Below, in pieces: positions 19,301 through 28,421 of a stretch of DNA of 64,000 nt; the first letter of the stretch is position 1, and each line of letters starts with the position of its first letter. Where the stretch lies: the NCBI GenBank assembly GCA_963725255.1, contig CAVRXV010000011.1:99846-163845 (forward strand). The letters run 5' to 3'. The notes beneath the pieces were generated by a model, which was not told where the DNA came from, made no database searches, and was given only the letters and a program-made list of their open reading frames with translations. Both the position numbers and the translations under genes were made by a program. The DNA is from an uncultured Gammaproteobacteria bacterium (GTDB taxonomy: Bacteria; Pseudomonadota; Gammaproteobacteria; JAIEPX01).

Positions 19301-20509
19301 TTATTCAGGATTTAACACCGACGGTAATTCTTGCTTCAAAGAAGTTTGAGTTAGCATCACAATAACAGACGTCACACTTAATCCTAAATAAATCAGCGCT
19401 AAAATTAGATTACTGGCAGGCAACAGACTTCCAATAATACTTACTCCAAACACACTTAACATGGTAATAGAACCATAGATGGCCCCTGCACTTCCGCCGC
19501 CCTGATGTCTAAAAGGCCCTAACGCTAAAGCCACTGTGTTTGATGGGATAATTCCCGCACCAAAAACAATTAGCATTGATGGTATTACAACACAAAGCAG
19601 ATAATGAAGTTGCATCACACTTCCAACTAATGCCATTAACGAACCAAATATCATAAACACTAAACCTACACCGATGCAGTATTCAGGTGTGAATCGACGC
19701 AATAAAATAATATTCGATGTACGGCTGACGAAACTCATGCCAGTCACCAACATCATAATCCAACCGTATTCAATAGGAGATAAATGATATTGTTTTTGCA
19801 AAATAAAAGTACTTAACACTCCAAATAAAATAATAATGCTAATGGTTAATCCCGCTAAAATCGTGTACGAAATAAAAACTCGATGCATAATCAAAGATCT
19901 AAAATTTACGAGCAATCCACGTAGTTGTAATGCATTAGGATCTCGTTTAATAACTGTCTCAGGTACATTTGTAAAAACCGCAACGCCTCCTCCAACAATC
20001 ATGAGCGTCACTAAAAAGAAAATACTGTGCCAACCAAAATGCACAAATAGATATCCTCCTATCACAGGCGCAACAGCAGGTCCAACAGCAACCACTAAAC
20101 TGATTATCCCTGCAACACGAGCGAATTCTTGCTTCTCAAAAAGATCATTGCCGATAGTTCGTGCCAAAGATAATCCCGCTCCTAACCCAATCCCCTGGAT
20201 GAGGCGACCCATAATCAGAAGGTTCACATCAGGTGCTAACCAGCAAAACAAAGACCCTAATAAACCAATCCCTGCTGAGGCTAACAACACCGGTCGTCGC
20301 CCAATACGATCTGACAGAGGCCCAAAAACCAACGGTGATAAGGCCATACCTAATATATAAACAGTAACCGTCAATTTGATCATCGAACCTTGAGTCATCA
20401 AATCTGCTACCATTTGCGGCATAGCCGGAACATAAAAATCGGTCGCCAAAAGCGATATAATGGCTAAAAACACCACGATCCCAATAGTCACATATTTATT
20501 ACTGCTCAT
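19301..20509 (-). CDS. MFS drug:H+ antiporter (Bcr/CflA-like, DHA1)
   Basis: ATDFYVPAMP, GPLSDRIGRRPV, GPAVAPVIGG; about 12 TM. Start taken at MSSNK with GGAG RBS. Confidence 0.92.
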   Translation of the reverse strand: MSSNKYVTIGIVVFLAIISLLATDFYVPAMPQMVADLMTQGSMIKLTVTVYILGMALSPLVFGPLSDRIGRRPVLLASAGIGLLGSLFCWLAPDVNLLIMGRLIQGIGLGAGLSLARTIGNDLFEKQEFARVAGIISLVVAVGPAVAPVIGGYLFVHFGWHSIFFLVTLMIVGGGVAVFTNVPETVIKRDPNALQLRGLLVNFRSLIMHRVFISYTILAGLTISIIILFGVLSTFILQKQYHLSPIEYGWIMMLVTGMSFVSRTSNIILLRRFTPEYCIGVGLVFMIFGSLMALVGSVMQLHYLLCVVIPSMLIVFGAGIIPSNTVALALGPFRHQGGGSAGAIYGSITMLSVFGVSIIGSLLPASNLILALIYLGLSVTSVIVMLTQTSLKQELPSVLNPE

Positions 20510-20523
20510 TTTCTTTCTCCATC

Positions 20524-20596
20524 TAATTGAACGATCGTTCAATTATCTAATGATCGGCTTCTGATGTCAAGCACTAATTGAATGATCATTCAACTA
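20524..20596. promoter_or_regulatory. Two TetR-type operators flanking the MFS promoter (TTGACA 20570-20565, N17, GATAAT)
   Basis: Perfect 22-bp palindrome TAATTGAACGATCGTTCAATTA (20524-20545) and near-perfect TAATTGAATGATCATTCAACTA (20575-20596). Confidence 0.8.
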
Positions 20597-20683
20597 AGTC
20601 TTTCCATCAATGAGAGAATTTATTACAATAGGCATAATTAGTGTGCAGTCTTATTGTAACAGGAAGCTCAAACCGAGGTAACC

Positions 20684-21307
20684 ATGGCAACTCCGACACG
20701 TCCCTCTGCAGATCCCACTCGAGCAGCGATTATTAATGCTGCACGAACTTGTTTTGTAGAAAAAGGATTTGCAGGCACCTCTATCAGCGCGATCGCAAAG
20801 AAGGCACAAATAAATCAAAGCTTAATCTACCACCACTTTGGAAACAAACAGGATCTATGGGTGGCCGTAAAAATTAATATACTCGAAGAATATCACAACT
20901 CTCAAAATATGAATTGGGACAAATTATTAACACTAAAAAACTGCGAAGAATTTATCTCTGAATTTATTCAATATCGCTTTGGATTTTTCGACCAACATCC
21001 AGATGCACTTCGTATTATTGAATGGCAATACCTAGAACCTGATCCTTTCGAACTCACCGCCTATACTCCCGAAACTATACAAACTATTATCAAACGCATT
21101 CAATATTTTCAAAAACAAAAAAAACTCAGCACTCACTTTAACCCTGAATTAATTTTCTCTCTTCTCCTCACCATTCCGCTCGGTTTTTTCCGCACCTTCC
21201 GCGATCTCAGCAAAGATAAATCAAAACAGCAACTATCCAAAATGAAAAAAGAATATATCGAGTTATGTATCAAAACTTTTCTTAACGGGCTAAGGGGGCA
21301 GATTTAA
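20684..21307 (+). CDS. TetR/AcrR-family transcriptional regulator
   Basis: N-terminal HTH RAAIINAARTCFVEKGFAGTSISAIAKKAQINQSLIYHHFGNK; divergent from the MFS gene. Confidence 0.95.
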   Translation: MATPTRPSADPTRAAIINAARTCFVEKGFAGTSISAIAKKAQINQSLIYHHFGNKQDLWVAVKINILEEYHNSQNMNWDKLLTLKNCEEFISEFIQYRFGFFDQHPDALRIIEWQYLEPDPFELTAYTPETIQTIIKRIQYFQKQKKLSTHFNPELIFSLLLTIPLGFFRTFRDLSKDKSKQQLSKMKKEYIELCIKTFLNGLRGQI

Positions 21308-21314
21308 GTTTGAT

Positions 21315-21375
21315 GGGTTCCAAACTATAAAAATGTTTAATTCTAGAAGATATCATTCTTAGATCTAACCTTTCA
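21315..21375 (+). repeat. Dispersed repeat family B, copy 1
   Basis: 21325-21365 matches 25337-25377 at 36/41 without gaps (CTATAAAAATGT....TTCTAGAAGAYATCATTCTTAGATC). Confidence 0.8.
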
Positions 21376-21388
21376 GATACTCTGCCAA

Positions 21389-22867
21389 TCACATATTAAA
21401 ACTGGCATCCAGTTGCGGAGTTTGTTCAAAAAATGATTGAACAAGCATACCGAATAAGGATGTGATTTCGATCATTTTTTCTTTTGGTAAACTGGAAGAA
21501 ATATCTGGATGCTGCATCATATTGTAACAAATAAATCCATTATGAAAGGCTTTTTCAGGCATAATTTGAGAGAATAACTGCATCATTTGTACATGAATAT
21601 TGAAGATTGCCTTGTGAATGACTATATCAGTCTTGCCGAAATGTAAGCAGGCACAGCGTTGTTTATAAATATTAGAAAAACCATTAAGTGCCTCCTCAAA
21701 TAATTTAAATGCCTCTTGGAAATTGCCCTTTTTAGCTGCATCGGCAGCTTGTAATTGTAGGCGTACAAAGCGCTTATGATCTTCTATAGGACACTGTATA
21801 TCGCCGGCGTCAGTTTTTTCTAAGCTGCTAATAAGAGGCTTGGCTGTGTTGTCCGGAATAAATTCAGCAACACGTGCTAACGCTGATAAGCCTTGTTGAT
21901 AACATTCTAACAGTGATTGATATTCCAAACTCTTTTTCACTGCAAATAAATCGATAATTTCAACGAACGATTTATACTTACGTTTTAAATGACTAATAAA
22001 ATTAACTAATTGTTTTTGTGTTTGTGTAGGAAGTAATTTTAAGAGGGAATGATGAAAACGCACTAGATAGTCTAAGAGGCGGGTCTGGTATGCGGGTGAA
22101 AGTGATTTCTGATTAAGTATAAAAATCATCATCGGTATTGTAACGTCATCAGAAAAAACAAATAAATCTGTTGGGGGTGTTTGGCAATGATCAGCTGCAG
22201 AAAACGCCCTTTCAATAATTCCATTTTGTCGTAATGCATCCCAGTAAGGGAGGCCATAATTCACTAAGAGCTGAGATCGTGCGGGAATATCATCGTCAGC
22301 GACAAGCACAGTATAGGTGATCCCATCGACTTCACTTTCTTCGGCTCTGACATTACACATTTGCAAAGGATATTCTTCAGTATTGTAGTATTCCCATTTA
22401 TCAAGTGCAGATTGAATTAGTGCTGCCATCCCTGAACGGGATTTTGCATCAACAACACAGATGCGTTTACCTTTATTTGTTTTTTCAAATCCACCTAGAG
22501 CATACGAACCATTTCCTTTAGCAGCTCGACATAATTCACCTGTGTAAACAGTAATCTTCTCACCTTTCTTAATATCACGTAGCGTGTAGACTCCAAAGCC
22601 AACAGTTTCATTAATCCAGCACACAACGAGATCACTCATCATAGAAAATTCAACGGCAGCTTTTGGCTCTGTAAACTTAAAAGAATCATCGGTTGTGAAA
22701 ATTGATTCACTGTATTCGTAGGTTGTTCCACGATATCGACTCATGCGCTTATTAAAATCCTCAATGGATAATTCCTTAATATCAGGATTGTATGGTAATG
22801 GTTTTTCAGCGACTTTAATAACCTGTAATGGATTCCCAAGGAAAAGATTGCGAGGTTGTTTTTTCAT
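21389..22867 (-). CDS. SET-domain protein with a helical C-terminal region; probable host-directed effector
   Basis: VGFGVYTLRDIKKGEKITVYTGEL, RSGMAALIQSA, ADDDIPARSQLLVNYGLPYW follow the SET motif order. Confidence 0.82.
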   Translation of the reverse strand: MKKQPRNLFLGNPLQVIKVAEKPLPYNPDIKELSIEDFNKRMSRYRGTTYEYSESIFTTDDSFKFTEPKAAVEFSMMSDLVVCWINETVGFGVYTLRDIKKGEKITVYTGELCRAAKGNGSYALGGFEKTNKGKRICVVDAKSRSGMAALIQSALDKWEYYNTEEYPLQMCNVRAEESEVDGITYTVLVADDDIPARSQLLVNYGLPYWDALRQNGIIERAFSAADHCQTPPTDLFVFSDDVTIPMMIFILNQKSLSPAYQTRLLDYLVRFHHSLLKLLPTQTQKQLVNFISHLKRKYKSFVEIIDLFAVKKSLEYQSLLECYQQGLSALARVAEFIPDNTAKPLISSLEKTDAGDIQCPIEDHKRFVRLQLQAADAAKKGNFQEAFKLFEEALNGFSNIYKQRCACLHFGKTDIVIHKAIFNIHVQMMQLFSQIMPEKAFHNGFICYNMMQHPDISSSLPKEKMIEITSLFGMLVQSFFEQTPQLDASFNM

Positions 22868-22900
22868 GGTCGTTCCTTATACTTTAGATATAGGATGATC

Positions 22901-22929
22901 ATAGTACAAAAATTGAACAAAATTGTCAA
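22901..22929 (-). promoter_or_regulatory. Sigma70 promoter of the SET-domain gene
   Basis: TTGACA-N17-TACTAT on the minus strand, 34 bp upstream of the ATG. Confidence 0.75.
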
Positions 22930-22939
22930 CCTACAGATT

Positions 22940-23035
22940 GGCGTCGCGTCTTGAGTTGTGAGAGGTTTTACTATTTTAAGCCTCTTGTTTAGTAATTTCA
23001 TCTTGAGAACTGTTAGAGTTTCATTATGGCTTTCA
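22940..23035 (+). repeat. Dispersed repeat family A, copy 2
   Basis: GGCGTCGCGTCTTGAGTTGTGAGAGGTTT plus extension similar to copy 1. Confidence 0.9.
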
Positions 23036-23130
23036 GAAAATGTTTATGCCACCCGTTGTTAGTATCATAAATTTAGCTTACAGCAATCTAAATTTTAAGG
23101 ACGATGAAACCCCCTTGAACAAATCTAGAT

Positions 23131-23505
23131 TCAAGGGAAGTTTTTGGCTAGATTAATTATATGCTGACAATCATTGATTACCGTCTGAGCAGTTACATAT
23201 GAACATTGTTTCTTAATATCATAATCAGCTTCCACTCTGTGTTTTTTGCACATGGCGAGAAGCGCACCTATCTGTACTATTTCATTATCTTTCGACGACA
23301 GACCTTTGTGTTTTTTTAATTTATCAATTATTTTTTCGTGCGGACTAATTTTTTTACTGACGCCATTAGAATATTGAGACACTCTTGAAGCCTCATGAAA
23401 TGCTGCATAATACGCTCTACTTACCGAATTTCTGAAATCAATTTCTGATCCATTATTCAAAATATTTATTGCAGAGCTGAGAAAATCAACTGGCTTCACT
23501 GGCAT
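23131..23505 (-). CDS. HEPN-domain protein
   Basis: RNSVSRAYYAAFH...HEKII...KKHRVEADY, the UPF0332-type HEPN pattern. Confidence 0.8.
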   Translation of the reverse strand: MPVKPVDFLSSAINILNNGSEIDFRNSVSRAYYAAFHEASRVSQYSNGVSKKISPHEKIIDKLKKHKGLSSKDNEIVQIGALLAMCKKHRVEADYDIKKQCSYVTAQTVINDCQHIINLAKNFP

Positions 23506-23507
23506 AT

Positions 23508-23804
23508 CTATGTTTCCGAAATAAATGATGGTATATATTCAATCTCTGAATCTATATATTTATTCATTTCTGAAAGCTTCTCAGCCATTCTAATATTCAT
23601 TTTAGACAAAATATTTGGATCATCACATTTCACAACAAAATTAATGTTAACCCAAGAATCAAACCCTAAAGATATTTTTTCTGGATCAATCCTTATTATT
23701 TTCAATTTATAATCTTTTGATATCTGATAGCCAAGATGCTTTAATGCTTCTAACAGCTCGTTTTCAACTTGAGTTTCACTTCTTTCTCTTTCAGGTTCTA
23801 ACAT
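23508..23804 (-). CDS. Hypothetical 98-aa protein, probable HEPN partner
   Basis: AAGGA RBS; 2 bp from the HEPN start; no recognised motif. Confidence 0.65.
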   Translation of the reverse strand: MLEPERERSETQVENELLEALKHLGYQISKDYKLKIIRIDPEKISLGFDSWVNINFVVKCDDPNILSKMNIRMAEKLSEMNKYIDSEIEYIPSFISET

Positions 23805-24000
23805 TCTCTCAATCCTTATTCAACGTTACACTTAAAAGTATAGCATTAGATATCTTGATTGACTTATCATAACCTTTACTTTCATAAAAATGATAATCAT
23901 AACTTCCTCGTATTGACGCTAATCTTTAATATTAGTTCAGTTTCTAAGAAACCCCATCAACCCTAACTCTACTCTCTTTCTATGCTTCCATTGCTTGTTA

Positions 24001-24046
24001 TTGACATTACTTATTCCATATTCTAGAATCTAGAATATGGAATAAG
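24001..24046 (+). promoter_or_regulatory. Sigma70 promoter overlapped by a perfect 18-bp-arm inverted repeat (operator)
   Basis: TTGACA(24001)-N17-TAGAAT(24024); CTTATTCCATATTCTAGA-A-TCTAGAATATGGAATAAG at 24010-24046. Confidence 0.85.
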
Positions 24047-24054
24047 GTGAGCAC

Positions 24055-24582
24055 ATGACTATTAAGCCTCAAGACATCGTTGTATTAGCAAAGCTAATCG
24101 CCCGTAAGGGGGATAAAGACTGGTCTCAAAATAGCATTGCGGTCGAGCTATGCTTAAGCCCTTCACAAATAAATAGCTCTATAAAACGACTTGTGTTTGC
24201 GGGGTTGATGACACCCTACCAACATCCAAATAAATCAGAGCCTATTATTCAAGCCTGCGCTGAGTTTTTCACCCATGCTATGAAGTATATCTTTCCAGCA
24301 AAATTAGGTGGTATAGCGCGAGGGATTCCAACAAGTTATTCAGGGCCTAGTTTAAAAAACCAGATTGTTGCGGGTAGAGACCCAGCCCCAGTTTGGCCAT
24401 ACGGAAAAGGGGACGTAAGGGGAGTGACCCTCATGCCTTTGTATTCATCGGTTCCTGAATCAATTACTCAATATCCTGACCCTTTGTTCTATGATATATT
24501 AACTTTACTAGATGCTATCCGTTCAGGGCGTGCACGAGAAAAACAACTTGCCATTCAATGCTTGTCTGAAATATTGAAATAA
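24055..24582 (+). CDS. wHTH protein, probable type IV TA (AbiEi-like) antitoxin
   Basis: IKPQDIVVLAKL...WSQNSIAVELCLSPSQINSSIKRL HTH; paired with a nucleotidyltransferase gene and a promoter palindrome. Confidence 0.7.
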   Translation: MTIKPQDIVVLAKLIARKGDKDWSQNSIAVELCLSPSQINSSIKRLVFAGLMTPYQHPNKSEPIIQACAEFFTHAMKYIFPAKLGGIARGIPTSYSGPSLKNQIVAGRDPAPVWPYGKGDVRGVTLMPLYSSVPESITQYPDPLFYDILTLLDAIRSGRAREKQLAIQCLSEILK

Positions 24583-24602
24583 AACTGAAATTAGGAGGCC
24601 AG

Positions 24603-25319
24603 ATGAAAAAAAACTCTGCTCAGCACAATCTCGAATCACTCAGCACCGTCGCAGAACGCCTTGAAGAGTTATGTGATGAGGTAACTTTTGTTGGTGGCAG
24701 CATAACTGGTTTACTTATCACTGATAAAGCTGCACCTGATGTGCGTTATACAATGGATGTTGACTGTATTATTAACATTATTACACTCAATGACTATTAC
24801 GGTTTAGAAAATAAGTTACGGCAAAAAGGCTTTAAGCAATCACTGCTCAATAAAGATCCAATATGTCGATGGTATTGTAATGAGATAATGCTTGATGTTA
24901 TGCCAGTTGATCGGAATGTCTTAGGCTTCTCTAATCGATGGTACAAGGAGTCGCTTTCACATGCGGTTAAGGAAACACTAAACAATGTTATTAATATAAG
25001 TATTCTTTCTGCACCCTATTTTTTAGCTACAAAATTAGAGGCATTCAACGATCGTGGGAAAAATGACTTTTTGTTAAGCCATGATCTCGAAGATATAATT
25101 TCAGTTATCGATGGTAGACCAGAAATCGTCGATGATGTAATATGATCCTCTAACAATCTGAGGGAATATCTTTCAAGTCAATTTTCAAATTTAATGAGGG
25201 ATGATCACTTCCTACAAGCATTGCCTGGACACCTAAATTATTCCAATGAATTTGATGAAAGAAAAAAAATAGTTGAAAGTAGGATTAATGAGATTATTTT
25301 AGAAAGGGATCATATCTAA
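24603..25319 (+). pseudogene. AbiEii-like nucleotidyltransferase toxin interrupted by an in-frame TGA at 25143-25145
   Basis: FVGGS, RYTMDVD, ATKLEAF and HDLEDI motifs; the same frame continues 57 codons (LREYLSSQF...QALPGHL) to TAA at 25317-25319. Confidence 0.7.
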
Positions 25320-25336
25320 GTTTTATGAGTTCTCAG

Positions 25337-25390
25337 CTATAAAAATGTGCTTTTCTAGAAGACATCATTCTTAGATCACACCCATCAGAG
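25337..25390 (+). repeat. Dispersed repeat family B, copy 2
   Basis: Matches 21325-21365; a short related motif GGGTCCCAAACTATA also occurs at 26237-26251. Confidence 0.8.
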
Positions 25391-25428
25391 ATATTATTAC
25401 GGCGCTCATTATTAAATATGGTCTTTCC

Positions 25429-26214
25429 TCAATTATGAACTTCAATCTCGCCGTGCAAATAGAGCACAGACTGACCTGAAAGTAAAACGCGATCGCCTTT
25501 TACCTCGCAATAAATTTTCCCAAGGCGCGCAGACAATTGCTCAGCATATAATTTAGTTTTATTGAGTTTCGAGGCCCAATAGGGAGCAAGCATACAATGG
25601 GCAGAACCGGTAACAGGATCTTCATTAACACCTACCTGCGGCCCAAACCATCGTGAGACAAAATCAGCTTTTTCACCTTGTGCAGTAATAACTAAACCAC
25701 GCGCATCCAGTTTTTCAATGAGTTGGAAGTTTGGAACACATCGACGTATCTGCGCTTCAGTATCTACTACCACCATATAATCAGCGCCCTTCCATATTTC
25801 CTGAGGGTGTATCCCTAACGCCTGAGTTATGATTTCATTAGCTAGGCATGGTGTTGCAGGTACTACAGGAAAATCCAGAGTTAAATAATCACTTTCCCTT
25901 GAAACAATTAAATCACCACTTTTGCTTTTAAAACGTATTGTATTAAGAGATGTGTTGAGAAAATTAAAAATGACATGGGCTGCTGCTAGTGTAGCATGTC
26001 CACATAGATCAACCTCAACTTTTGGAGTAAACCAGCGTATTTCGTAGTGATCTGTATGAGCCACAAAAAAAACAGTTTCAGATAAATTATTTTCAGTTGC
26101 AATTTTCTGCATTAACTCATCACTGAGCCATTTTTCCAAGGGACAAACCGCCGCTGGATTCCCACCGAATAATGTATCTGTGAATGCATCAACCTGAAAA
26201 AGACTTAAAGTCAT
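25429..26214 (-). CDS. PhzF-family epimerase/isomerase
   Basis: QVDAFT..GGNPAAV, SETVF, EVDLCGHATLA, EDPVTGSAHC. Confidence 0.95.
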   Translation of the reverse strand: MTLSLFQVDAFTDTLFGGNPAAVCPLEKWLSDELMQKIATENNLSETVFFVAHTDHYEIRWFTPKVEVDLCGHATLAAAHVIFNFLNTSLNTIRFKSKSGDLIVSRESDYLTLDFPVVPATPCLANEIITQALGIHPQEIWKGADYMVVVDTEAQIRRCVPNFQLIEKLDARGLVITAQGEKADFVSRWFGPQVGVNEDPVTGSAHCMLAPYWASKLNKTKLYAEQLSARLGKIYCEVKGDRVLLSGQSVLYLHGEIEVHN

Positions 26215-26398
26215 CTTTCAATACCATCCTTCAAAAGGGTCCCAAACTATATGAAAAAGCATGTGCACCAGCATGGCTGAGCATAACTCACAATGCCAAA
26301 ATAGCCAACCAAAGAGGAAAGGGGTAAGCTCAATCTGACTCCTTTTCTTTTTTCAATCCTCGTGTTTTAAATAAACTCAGTATCTGTATACACAGATC

Positions 26399-26482
26399 AG
26401 CGTCGCGTCTTGAGTTGTGATAGGTTTTGCTTATGTGGATCTTTTATTTAGCAATTTCACCTTGATAACTACTAGAGTTACA
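26399..26482 (+). repeat. Dispersed repeat family A, copy 3
   Basis: AGCGTCGCGTCTTGAGTTGTGATAGGTTT plus diverged extension running up to the sodC stop. Confidence 0.88.
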
Positions 26483-27010
26483 CTACTTCGACGCTGATTG
26501 AGTAATAACACCACACACCATTCTGCCACCACCGCCACCCAATTTTGCAGGCTCATCAGAATAATTATCTCCGCCTTCATGAATCATAAGAGATCGGTGT
26601 CTGATATCTTCAATATGTTTAATTCGTGGGGCAAGAACTGGCGTGGTCGCTTCACCCTTGGCATCTACTATTAAAACCGGCAGATCACCTAAATGACCAT
26701 TATCATTATAGGGCCCAAGATGCTTACCCGTTTTATTCGGATCGAAATGCCCACCAGCCGCCATCCCATTATTTTGGCAACTATCAAATTCATGAATGTG
26801 AAATCCGTGTAGCCCGGGAGTCAATCCTTTTAAATGGGGTGTAAATAATAACCCATATTTAGTCGGAGAAATTTCTACAAATCCTACTGACTTACCCACT
26901 CCTTTTTCCACAGTAAAACTCATGGGTACAGATATTTTACGGTCTGCATATGAAACAATTGCTATCATCAAAGAAGCACTAAAAACAATCCATTGAGTAC
27001 ATTTCATCAC
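26483..27010 (-). CDS. sodC: Periplasmic Cu/Zn superoxide dismutase
   Basis: HGFHIHE, AAGGHFDP, HLGDLP, LMIHEGGDNYSD and GGGGRMVCGVI motifs; signal peptide. Confidence 0.97.
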   Translation of the reverse strand: MMKCTQWIVFSASLMIAIVSYADRKISVPMSFTVEKGVGKSVGFVEISPTKYGLLFTPHLKGLTPGLHGFHIHEFDSCQNNGMAAGGHFDPNKTGKHLGPYNDNGHLGDLPVLIVDAKGEATTPVLAPRIKHIEDIRHRSLMIHEGGDNYSDEPAKLGGGGGRMVCGVITQSASK

Positions 27011-27022
27011 TAAAATCTCCTA

Positions 27023-28384
27023 TTAAATTTGAACAGAAAGCATAGGCTTTATTCGCATTAATTTAATCATCAAACCGGCACCAATCAATGAGAAAATTGT
27101 TGTCAAATAAAAAGCCATCGAAACACTATATGACAAAATTATTAATGTAGTAATCACAACACCAAGAGCATTACCGATTAATGCACACATAACAAAAACA
27201 CTGGATGCAATTCCAATATCGTCTTGTTTAACAGTACTCATCATACCTGTGTTCAAAGCTGAAAAAGCAAATCCCATCCCTGCACCTAACAACAATAGCA
27301 TACTCATTAATTCACGTGTCATTGGCATTTCAGGTAAAAGTAAAAAATTGTAACAACCCATTACTAATAATACGAAGCCCAAAAATGCCGAACGATTAAC
27401 GCCGACTTTATCAACTATGACCCCGCTGAATGCCGAAATCAGTGCAAAAATACAAGACAAAGCCATGAATACAATACTGGAATAATAAGCAGAATAATTA
27501 AGCGTATTTTGGAAGTATAATCCTAAAGCCACATAGCTTGATGAAAAACAAAATTGCTCAACTGTAAACGCCAAAGTGATCCCACGATAATGTTTATTTG
27601 ACAACAATTGCTGAGGGATAGTGGGATTTTTTTCCTTCTTTTCTTTCAAAATAAAAAATAACAGCAATGCAGCAACACAACCTAATAAAGTCAGAATTTT
27701 ATAAGAATAAATCGATAGTTTATTCAATTGATTAATAGTTACCATGAAAACCACAATCGCTAAACCTAAGATTAAAGCATTGGACTGTAGCAAATTTTTA
27801 TTCTCGCTTTTTTTAGTCGGCTCTTTTGATGTCGCTAGCAGAATACAAAGCATAGCGAGTAATGTCAGTGGAACATTAATATAAAAAATCCAACTCCATC
27901 CAACTGATTTTAACAGCAAACCACCAAAACTTGGGCCGCTCGCTGCACCCAACCCCACGCCTAAACTAAAAATACCGATTGCAGTTCCACGATGTTTTTC
28001 ATTGAAATTTGAAAAAATGAGTGAATATAGAGTCGGTACAAAAATAGCTCCTGACATTCCTTGTAATACTCGCGAAGCTATTAACATCCACGCACTTGTT
28101 GATAGTCCTGCAAGAACCGAACTCAGCATAAATAAACAAAGACCCACTACACAAACAGACCGTTGGCTAAAGATATCAGACCATTTTCCCGCAGGAATCA
28201 CAATGGCAGCCCATGCTAAAACATAACCACTTAATATCCATTGAATAACGTCGAGATTAGAGTGTAGTTCTTTGGAAATTGTGACTAACGCTAAATTGAC
28301 GGCAGTATAATCAATGTTAATCAAGAGGCCCATAACACTGATGCCAAATACTAATAAGACTTTTTTAAAGACATCACTGCTCAT
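27023..28384 (-). CDS. MFS transporter (DHA2-like)
   Basis: IDYTAVNLAL, RVLQG, GPSFGG, WIFYINVP; many TM helices. Confidence 0.9.
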   Translation of the reverse strand: MSSDVFKKVLLVFGISVMGLLINIDYTAVNLALVTISKELHSNLDVIQWILSGYVLAWAAIVIPAGKWSDIFSQRSVCVVGLCLFMLSSVLAGLSTSAWMLIASRVLQGMSGAIFVPTLYSLIFSNFNEKHRGTAIGIFSLGVGLGAASGPSFGGLLLKSVGWSWIFYINVPLTLLAMLCILLATSKEPTKKSENKNLLQSNALILGLAIVVFMVTINQLNKLSIYSYKILTLLGCVAALLLFFILKEKKEKNPTIPQQLLSNKHYRGITLAFTVEQFCFSSSYVALGLYFQNTLNYSAYYSSIVFMALSCIFALISAFSGVIVDKVGVNRSAFLGFVLLVMGCYNFLLLPEMPMTRELMSMLLLLGAGMGFAFSALNTGMMSTVKQDDIGIASSVFVMCALIGNALGVVITTLIILSYSVSMAFYLTTIFSLIGAGLMIKLMRIKPMLSVQI

Positions 28385-28421
28385 AGAAGCCTCCCTAAGA
28401 AATATTAAAACTGCAAACTAA

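Noticed and set aside
19122-26482. Family A repeats as a CRISPR array or integron attC sites
   Set aside because: Spacing is kilobases with whole genes between copies, there are no cas genes or integrase, and I see no RYYYAAC/GTTRRRY box pairing.
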